Assembly: GCA_018398765.1 (NCBI GenBank)
Contig: JAHBMJ010000415.1
Coordinates: forward strand, 1 to 48,090
DNA length: 48,090 nt
From: Chromera velia
Lineage: Eukaryota
Reading direction: 5' to 3'
The notes beneath the pieces are model-generated. The model was given only the letters and a program-made list of their open reading frames with translations. It ran no database searches and was not told where the DNA came from. How positions within the stretch are numbered: position 1 is the stretch's first letter; each line of letters begins with the position of its first letter. Shown here one piece after another: positions 1 through 9,661 of the stretch. The translations under genes were made by a program, and so were the position numbers.

Positions 1-2305
1 GGGGCATCATCGAGTCCTGTCAGGGGGGGGAGGCATCAGGCCTGAGGGTGGTGGTGTGTCCGCCCGAGAGAAGGGTCGTCTTCAGTCCCCGTGTGTTCTC
101 CCAACTGGGCCGAGTGTCAGTGGGGGGAGATCGGAAGACGCGTGTGTTTGACAAGAACGGACCGAGAAGGTGGGTGAATCTTGGGCTCGTCAATGGAGAG
201 AGGGGGCTCTCGGATCTTCCTCCGTTTGGGTTTGACTACACAAACAAGACTGCTTGCCAGTCAGAAGTGGCGTCTGCTCAAGGGGCGGTTGGGTCAGACT
301 CCCCCCCTCCTTCTGCAGATTCTTCAGATTCAGAGCTCTGGAATTTGGACAGCTGGCTTCTTCAGAAGGCGCCTCTGTCTTTTTTTTTCTCGAAAAGCAG
401 AAGGGCTGTGATGAATGAGGTGGAGGAGTTCGAGCGAGAAGGACTGAAGCCGTGTTTGTGGGTAGGAGCAACCTTTCCGGTGTCAGATTCCCCTGCAGAA
501 AGAGGAGGGAAACCCTTCCTTGTGGCAGTACTTGAGTGGACCGAAACGTTCTCTGTCCCTGGGAGTTGTGGAAAGTCAACGATGCGACAGACGGAGGTTT
601 GGAGAAATGTGTGGGTGACAGAGGAGCCTGTGCTTTTGGAACTTTGCGACTGGGGTCTGCAGACTCTTCTTCGGAAGGTGGTAGAAGAGCTCAGACTTAG
701 TAGGGAGGGGGAGGTGGCAGCAGGGGATTCTGAGAGAGATGCAGCAGCTGTGCCTCCTCTCGCGGTTGCCGAAAACAATGAGTGCTCTGCAAAGAGGAAG
801 AGGGAGGAGGAAAAGGAAGAGAAAGAGAAAGAGATGGGGGACGAAGAAAAAGAACAAAAAGAGGAAGCAGAAACAGAGTGCCGCCCAAGGAGTCCAAAGA
901 AGGCTCGACAGCATCAGAGAGAGGGGGACTCAGGAGACGAATCGATGGCAGGCGGCTTGGAGGGGGGGGGCACAGATGTGCAACATGAGGAGTCGAAGGA
1001 AATTCACCCCCCGGTAGGTCGACAGGCACATAATGTGTGTACGGATCGAGGGAGAGCTGTGCGTCGATCTCTTTTCGAACATCCGACAGAAACTCCACAT
1101 GAGAAACCTGTCTGTTCTCCTTCCGTGTGGTTGTGCACGCTTTCACAGACGAAGAGAAGTATTTCTTTTCCCTTCTTTTCATTCCCCGCCCCTTTTTTTC
1201 TGCTCCCTCTATTTGTTCTCCAGTCAAAGAATCAGCCTCTGTCCAGCCGAGCGCTTCGTGTTAGTTGAGTCGGCCATCTCGTGACGCGCTTTTCTGAAGG
1301 TTTCCTTTTGTTTCTGTTTCTCTGTCCGTCTGTCAAGCCGTCTCTTTTTTCCTGCAGACAAACACGTTGGTTTCTTCGTGCGTCTTTTCTCTCCTCTCCT
1401 CTCATCTTCTCTTAATTGTGCGTTTGTGCGTGCAGGAAGGAATCGAGAGCGAGAGCATGGACGAGGACGAGGAGTTGGAGTTGGAGGAGAACGGGAACGA
1501 CAACAACATGGTTGGTACATGCGTTTGTTTCTTGCTTCTTCCATATGTGTCTTTCTTTGTTCATCGTTCAGCATCCCTGTCTGCATGTCTGTGTTGCCCA
1601 TCGAGTGTCCTTCTCTTGCCCTGTCAGCATATGTCGGGCTCTGTCTGTCGCTTTTTAACTATTCACCTGACTTCCCTGTTAGGCTGTCTGCATGACTGGC
1701 TTGGCATGCGGCCGATCGCCTTCTGTGATCTGACTTCTTTGAGAAAAGCTGCATGGGTCCCCGCAGAAACTCCCTTTGTCGGTGATGAGCGACGTGATTT
1801 GTTCCCGCACAACTCTACTGTCATTTCCCCTCTTGCTTTCTTCTCGTTTTCTCTGTCATTTTCCCCCTCTACCCTCTCTGTGTCGTTACCACGCAGGACG
1901 TAGACATCCAGTTGTGGTACGGGAATGGTCCGATTCCTCCTCCAGGCCAGGTCTCGATTGTGGGAATTAAGCTGGGTCCCTTAATTCGGGGGTCTCTCTC
2001 ACCGATCGGTGGGGGCAGGGTGCAAGAGGGGGGGGCGAGAGGGGAGATGCGTCTGATGGCCCACTTCTCTCCTCTGGTCCTGAGACACCTCGATGATTCT
2101 CTGGAATCAGGGTTTGTGGAAACTGAGTCCGTCCAGTTTGCGGTCAGTCTTTTCTCCCTTACCCTCTGTTCAATTGTCTATCAGACACCCGACAGAAAGT
2201 TTTGGTTTCCCTCTTCGTCTCTTTCCTCCCTCTGTATGTCCATATGTCTTATCCGCACTGCGTCTGCCAGCAATCGTCACTAGATTCAAGTCCCCCACGA
2301 CCGTC

Positions 2306-2346
<41 letters not shown>

Positions 2347-4609
2347 TATGCCTGCAGGGGACCCGGCTGTCTGTGGTTCTCAGGGCGGGCAGATGGGAAG
2401 GGAGCGGCTGGTTTCTCTCAGCGTTCCTTCGAAGGGTAGACCGGGCAGGCGCCTCTTCAACGATAGAAGGGAGGATCAAACTGTGTGGGGAGGAGAATGA
2501 ACCCGAATCAGCCTGTCCTTTGCTGGGGGGTGTATCCCAGGGTCTGTGTGGGTGGACTGAGGTGGGGGGACGTGAGTTCTTTCCGCTTGTCCAAAGGGCC
2601 GATGTGGTTCTATCAGAGAAAGCTTCTCTCTCGTCTGAAACAAAAAAAATCAAATGGGGCCACAGAGCTCCGAAGCAAAAGAGAAAAAAAGGATGGGCAT
2701 CGCTCCATTCAAAGAAAGGTGTCCGCCTGGACATTCTCCTTCATGAAAGCAAACCCCCCGTTCTCTCCCCTCCTCGCCTGCCCCCCCCTTTCGTTCCTTC
2801 TCCTGACGCTTCCATGGAGGAGACAGAGGACACAGCAGCGGTCTCCCCCGCGTCTGTCCTGGAGGAAGGCGTGTGGGGGCCCCTGACGCTCTATTCTCCC
2901 ACAGCACACAGGAACCTCGTACGCAGGCGAATCCCACCCTCGGAATCTAAGCAAGCCCTCCCGTATGAGTTCCAGAAGAAACAGAAAGCTCTGGAGTTTG
3001 CGCCCTACGCCACTATACAGCTTCCTCAGAAGGTTCGCTTGCCGGTGGGGGGGGAGGGTCAGACCTCAGTCTTCTCTTTTTCCCTCCGTACGATGCACGA
3101 TAAATTCGAAGATTGGTGTCTCAATTGGGACCGTCGTCCTGTTGTGAGACACGTTCGTCTGGAGATGATGAAGGAGAGTGGAGATTTTGAGGGAGAAATC
3201 GATGTGGAGATCAGAGGGGATGCGGGGAAGAGAATGAGTAGGCATGTGTCGACAGAAAGGGAAGAAGGGGGAAGAGAGGAGTCATCCGACAAGCAGCAGA
3301 AGCAACAACAACCGTCCGTTGTAGTGAAGACCTTCAGCTTTCTCCACTCACCCATGTCTTCAGAAAGATATGGAAGGTCGAAATCTCCCATTCTGTGTGC
3401 TGATGTGACTCAATTCTACGACCTTCTCGACGTTTTCGGGGTCTTCCGATTGGACGACGTCGTCCTCCGTGTGCGTCCCCTGCACCGCATCCCCACGACT
3501 CTGACACCCAACTGGCCCTCTCTGTGGACACCCTCGCGAGACTCTGTGTCCCCAAGTCCGCCTCACAGCTTTTCCCTCGGCACGGTTTTTTTCCTCTATC
3601 CGAAAGGACGCGATGAGCGCTTCCGTGTCTCCGAAGAGATCAAATACAAAGTCAGTCAGTCGATCAGTGGATCGCCTCAATGGATTGGGTTGCCATCGGG
3701 GGCTTTCCACGGCCGTCTGTGTTCCTCCTCTGGCCCTCACTTCGTTTTACAAATGCCATGCAGGTTCCTTTTCGTTTTCGTAAATCGCCTATGAACTTTG
3801 TTTCTCCATCCTGACTTGCAGTGAGTTAGGTTGCCCATAAGCATGCAACAGAAGGTCTCAAAAGAATTCAAATGTCCAGAGGCCGCCCACAGATACTCTG
3901 TTGGTTGTGTGTGCTTGCAGGGATACGTCCTTGAGTTGGTCTCTGGAGTTGTTGACGCCGAGAGGGAGGGTGAGGTCGTCTGCATGGAGGAAGATGGGGA
4001 GAAGGCTGACGGCGTGATTCGATTCTGGCTAAAGGTCAAGAGGGAGAAGGAGAGGGTGGGGGTCAGAGACAAAAGCGATCATACCAATTTTGGGCGTCTG
4101 TGTCCCCCAACCCCCGTGATCATCAGGTGCGGCCTTGAGGGTCCCTCTCCAACTTACTGGTCTGGGAGTCGTAGTGGATGGTTGGTGGGGGGGCAGCTGT
4201 CTGTTTTCGATGGTTTGTTTGAGGAGAACAGAAAGGGCATCGCGTCTGAACTCTTCGACCTCACCTACACGGCCAACAGCGGCAGCGATCTCTGGTGTTC
4301 CCACAGGGTTCAAGACGGTTACGGCAATCTGCACCCTCGTGGGCGGCCCCGCTTCAGAGTTCCATGCGATCCACCCACGTCTGCACAAAGACTGTGGGTG
4401 GAGATTTCCGAACCCCGACATGTCCCCCTTGTGGCCCTCTCTGCCGGTGCTGATGAGACGGGGCGGGGCAGAGAGGCAACGTTTGAGGTGAAGAGGTGGG
4501 GAGCATCCCGTCGAGATCCTTGGAAGGAAGATCTGATCGTGTTCGAAGAGTTTGACGTCATGCAGGTGGGTCTCTTTGTTTGTTTGTTTGTTTGTTTGTT
4601 TGTTTGTAC

Positions 4610-4648
<39 letters not shown>

Positions 4649-7016
4649 TGTGAACACGTCTGTCTGTTTCGGTCTATCTGCCTGCCTCGTTCTGTTTCCG
4701 TCTGAATGTCTGCCTGTATGCTTCTATCCTTGTCGGCCCGTTGCGGTCGTGTACTTGTGCGCCCCTGTCCGCTTCCTTATTCGCACTCTCTCCTTGACAA
4801 CATCGGATTCCTTCCAGAAAGGCTGCCCGGTCTGGCGAACGTGGTGTTGCGCCATCAGACCCAGCACGAATATTTCTGTACTGAGGGCTCAGTGGCTCTC
4901 GCTCCTCTGCGCACCCGTGACGATTTGTGCTTCTTCCTCAGTGCCCCCCCTTTCCTTTTTTTCTTTTTCGTTCCTGCTTCGTTTCGACGGCCAGAGAGAA
5001 AAGGAGATCGTTGCATGACCCCGCCTCCGATGGAATCGCGTGCGTTTATTTGTTTGTGTGTCTGTATGTATTTCTCTTCGCTACACTTGTTTGTGTGTGC
5101 AGAATTTCCGTCTCCGTTTCTTGTTGAGCACTTCACTGGACGGCGTCCCCTCCCTGAGGTTTCTGGTCACCCAGCAGTGTCCTCCTGAGTTGACAGAGGA
5201 GTGCCCTCTCCCTCTCAGAGTGTCTCTCCAGATGAGTGCAGAAGAGAAGAAAGTCAGGGTGGAAGGGGAGGCTCCAATTCTCCTGTCGGTGTCTCCTCCG
5301 TCAGGCTCTTGGGGTAGAGATGAGTGTGAGAAGGAGAGGGAGGTGCACTTGGATGAAAGGGAATTGGAGTTGCTGAAAACATTCCTTCGGAAGTCTGAGT
5401 CCGTTTCTGATTCCTGCACTCTCCACGTTTGCATCTCTGTGACGAGACCATGGAGGGCAGAGTTGATTTCGGTAAGTGAGAAGGAAACAGTGAGGGAGTA
5501 CGTGGTTGCATTCCCCGATTTCCCTGCTGCCATGCGAGGCCGGAAGCCAGGCTGTGAGCCTTTTGTGGTTCCTGACGGTGCCTCCGCGACCGGTTTTCGA
5601 CTCTCTTTCTTTGCCCCTGCCCTTTCCTCGAAGTGTGAGGGAGGGGGGGAGGGGGCAGAGGGTAGGGAGACGCCGATGGTGGTTGACTCTGTCTCTGTCC
5701 CTGTAGGTTTGAGAGGAGACGGGGGAGGCATTGGTCTGCAGTCGTTCGCAACTTCCGTAGGAGGGATAGAGGTGACAAAACAGGAGACGGGGGAGGGTGG
5801 GAAGGGCAGATGTGACTATACGGAGATTCAGACAGAGAGGAAGGTCGCGACAGAGGTTGACACAGTGATGGGGCAAGCGGACGAAGGAGAAGGCAGGAAT
5901 GGAGAGTCGGAGGAGATTCATGCAGCAGTTCGAGGAGAGTCAGAGCAGGAGAGAGGAGAGGAACTTGGAGTCAAGAAAGGGGGGGGAGGTGTCACTGATC
6001 ATACAGTGAAAGGCACAGCATTCGAGGCAGGATCAGAATCAGCTCTGGAACGAGACAGGTCCGCTTCCTCTTCGCCGCATTGTGCCTGGGTTCTGTCTTG
6101 GCCTTGGCCTGACATTCTCTCCGGCTTTTCATCTGATCATTCCCAGACGACTTCTTCTTCTTCTCCAGAGGCAGAGGGTGGTCCTCCGAGGGTGTCGGTG
6201 TATGACGAGACGGGAGGGGGTTCTGTTCCGATCAGTGGGACTCTGCTGTTTCCCTCAGCAGATGGAGGGCCTCCTGGGGGGGGGCTCGTGTTCGTTCCCT
6301 CATGGGAAGATCCTGTAGAAGAGATGGAGAAGATCGTCAGGAAGGCAGAGACAAGCGAGGGGGAGAGGGCAGTGTTCCGGTAAGTCAACTGAACATCGCA
6401 CTCACCCAGCCACATGCAGGCTCACCCACTTGCCTACACAGTCACTCACGCACTCACTCACATAATCACTTGCTTGCTCGGTTAGGCAGATCCTTGCTCC
6501 GTGTATGAACCGTTCAGCTCGCTTTCCTTTATGTGTTCTTGGAGCTTCCTCTGTTTATGAACGTGCAGCCATCCTGTGTTTTATTGTGTGGTCTGAGAGT
6601 CTTCGATGTCCTGCTGTTGAAAATAACTCATGAGAAGTGCACATGTTTGGGTGTGGCGACCTGCCACATAATGGCTCTTCTTTTTCGAAGTGAAGCAAAC
6701 GAATCGATAGACCCTCCCGATTACCTTTGTCTTTGCCAAATACATCTTCGTTGAACCCGCCTTTAACTTTTGGCTCCGTGCAGGATCCGGGTAGTCACGT
6801 CAGAGAGCCCTGCTGTTGCTGCTACTGCCGTCATTGAGGCCATCAATGAAGAGAAGCTGGAAGGGGAGGGGGGAGAGGAAGGACAGACCCTCAGTGTGAT
6901 GGTCCGATTCCCGCAGGCGCCCTTCAGGAGGAATCAAGGAATAGGAGACCTCCAGACGAGAACTTCAAAGACCACGATCAGATCTCCCGTGTTCAGGCTG
7001 GAGGTGGGTGAGCAGG

Positions 7017-7069
<53 letters not shown>

Positions 7070-8176
7070 ACGAAAACAGGCACAGAGAACTGAAGTGTGT
7101 AGTGGCCGGAAGAAAGAAAGTTCTGTCCGTATCCTTCCGTTGTTTCTTTCTTTTTGTTTACTTCTTTCTCTCTTTCTCACTTGGAGCGCACGGAAGGGGA
7201 TGAAAGGACAGGCATCTGGAGAGGCGCACTCGAATGAAGAGTCGGAAAGCGAGGCCTGACTTGCTTCCTTACTTGGTTGCTCCCTCACATTCCAAGTTGC
7301 TGCCAAGATTATGGGCCTTCTAAAGACGTTTGTGGTTTACTTGCTTGCAGGAGTTTGTCTTTCGCCTTGACTACACGCCTCCGTTGGATCCAATCGAAGG
7401 TTCCCTCCAGTCCGACTGCCAGAGGGGGGGGGGTGTTGGGACTCCGAGTCGGGCGCTCTGCTCATTCTGCTGCTGCTGTTGTAGATTCTCTCTGTGGACA
7501 TGGACAGTCATCGTCTCTTTCTGGAGGTCTTCGCAGGGGGGGTGGTGGGAAGGAGAAAGTCGTGATACGTTCGGGTGGAGACAGAGGTCCTGTAAATAGG
7601 GGGGGAAGGGGAGAGGTGCGGATCGGGTGGGAAGTGTTTTGTGTCTCTGCTGAGGGGGTGTGGACGTCTCTGTCTGTCGGGAAGAGCAGGAGGGGGTGCA
7701 GCTCTTTGAAGTCGTTCGATGGTCTGAAAGAAGAAGAGTGGCAAGTGTGCGAATACGTGAAGGCACCTGAAAAGATTTCTGAGCCTCTGTTGGGGTCTGG
7801 GGGTGACTGTGTGATGATTACCGACGACGAAAGGGGGGAGGGAGGGGGGGGAGGGTATGTGAGCATTGGGGTGAGAGTGCGCTTGGTCCGGAGATCTGGG
7901 GGAGGAGAGGCTGAGGAGAAGGAGAAGGATAGAGACGGGGCACTCGAGTGGAAGTTGGTCAGGCCAGGCACGACTTCGTTCCTTCTCCGTCCTTTGCCCG
8001 ACTCCCAGCTGCCTCTGTCCCGTCTCCGGCCTCTCCCCGGGGAGGAAAGTGAAGATGAAAAGGATGAGGAAGGGGACGGTATTTGGGAGCCAGAGGGGGT
8101 CTCTGCATTCAGGGTCCTTCGACGTGACGGTTCTGAAGGAAGGGTACCAATGTGGAGGGTTTCTGAATCAGGATGA
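1..8176 (+). CDS. Large multi-exon hypothetical protein (5' end outside window), possibly with divergent MATH/TRAF-like beta-sandwich domains
   Basis: Chain of purine-rich long ORFs on + (48-1268, 2337-3794, 3831-5018, 5040-6383, 6770-7093, 7277-8176) separated by pyrimidine/microsatellite tracts with GT..AG ends (e.g. ccg|gtaggt ~1014, tgcag|gg ~2357, cg|gtaagt ~6380, tgcag|ga ~7351). Ends at TGA 8174-8176 ahead of an AT-rich spacer. Confidence 0.6.
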
Positions 8177-9300
8177 GGGAGTATGGTGGATGTGATCAGT
8201 CTAGCTGCAAGCCGATCGAACATGCACAGCTCCCGAGAATGATTGCATCCATGCCACCTTTCAGTGGCTGATGGTTGATCTGGGGTGTGCTAATGCAGAA
8301 GGTCAGAGCAAAGTCCTCACTGAGTTCTCTCTGCTGCAAAGAGCGATAAATTGTCGAGAAACAAGATGATCAATACTAGAAATAATAGTGTTGTACGTGG
8401 GAGCGGTGCTCGTACAGCGATGTTCAGCGACCTCCGTGCGCATGCGCGAAACTGCAGGGAGCTTCCGGCTTTTTGGCAGAGCCGGTGTGCCAGTGGCCTC
8501 ATCTTTCTGGGGTTTTACTGTCTGCAGCTGTGCCAGTGAGAATAAATTGTGCACGTCCGCGTAGGTGTAAGTCAAAGTTTAATAAGGCAAGTTTTCCATA
8601 GCACCTCCCGGTGTGAGTATGACTTAGTAGGACAGCTGAGTACAGTCAATGACTTTGCATTTCAAGTTAGTGATTCTGCTATAGTGATTATATTACTAAG
8701 TGATTCTCAATGAAACATATCAAAACAGTGTTGAAAACACAATCCAAGAATACTTGCATCATGACAGCCTTCTAGATAGTTAGACCATGTAGGCTGGACA
8801 GTGTATAATTGTTTTATTAAGTTTTATATGAAAACCAATAAATTCTTATTCTTCGTATCTATCTTAATGCATTAATGCTAGCATTAATATAACTTCATAG
8901 TATGCAATTGATTAATATTGTAAGATTGAATCAACATTGCGGGTTAAATGCTCTGTGGTCCACAGTAACTGTTTGGCCAACCATATAACATGATATAGGT
9001 TTGATCAATCGAGTTCTTGAATTAATTTAATAAAATTATTAAATGTATACAACATCGAAAGGTTTGATTGCTACATAAATTACAGTTTAATTACTAAATT
9101 TTTCTATCATTAATAAGATTCATTATTAACAAAAACTAAGTAAGTATTATTGAATTGCATTCAATGCATAGAGACAGAGCCGCATCATGGCCCATATGCC
9201 AGTGTTATTGAAGCGTTTTAGACTAACTTTTCAAGCAAAAGTATCAAGAATTGTTTGGTTATGTCAATCAATATCACCTACGTGATCACCACTCTATAGT

Positions 9301-9528
9301 CTAGGTGTCGGCTAAAGAAAGAAAAAAAAAATCTCCCCAAACCTTTTATATATATATTTTTTCTTTTTTTCTTTTTTAGCTAGTCAAACAACTGTTATTC
9401 AAGTGTTGCACAAGTGTTGTTCATGTGTTGCACAACTGTTGTTACGTATTGTTGAAGGTAAAAAAGTAAAAAAAAAAGAAAAAGATCTCCTCTGATCGCT
9501 TATTTTTTTTTTTTAAGCCGACGTCTAG
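9301..9528. mobile_element. MITE-like element, copy 1 (~228 bp)
   Basis: Imperfect TIRs CTAGGTGTCGGCTAAA ... TTAAGCCGACGTCTAG around an AT-rich non-coding interior; homologous copy at 30637-30961. Confidence 0.65.
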
Positions 9529-9661
9529 ACTCTAGTCAGCACTGCATCATGCCAGTCATAAAACTTGTACGTAATAAAAAAAATTAAAAAATATGTAGTG
9601 CATGAAAGACTTTCAATGAAAGCCTTTTTTAAAAAAGTTATTTTTTTTTTATTTAAATTAA

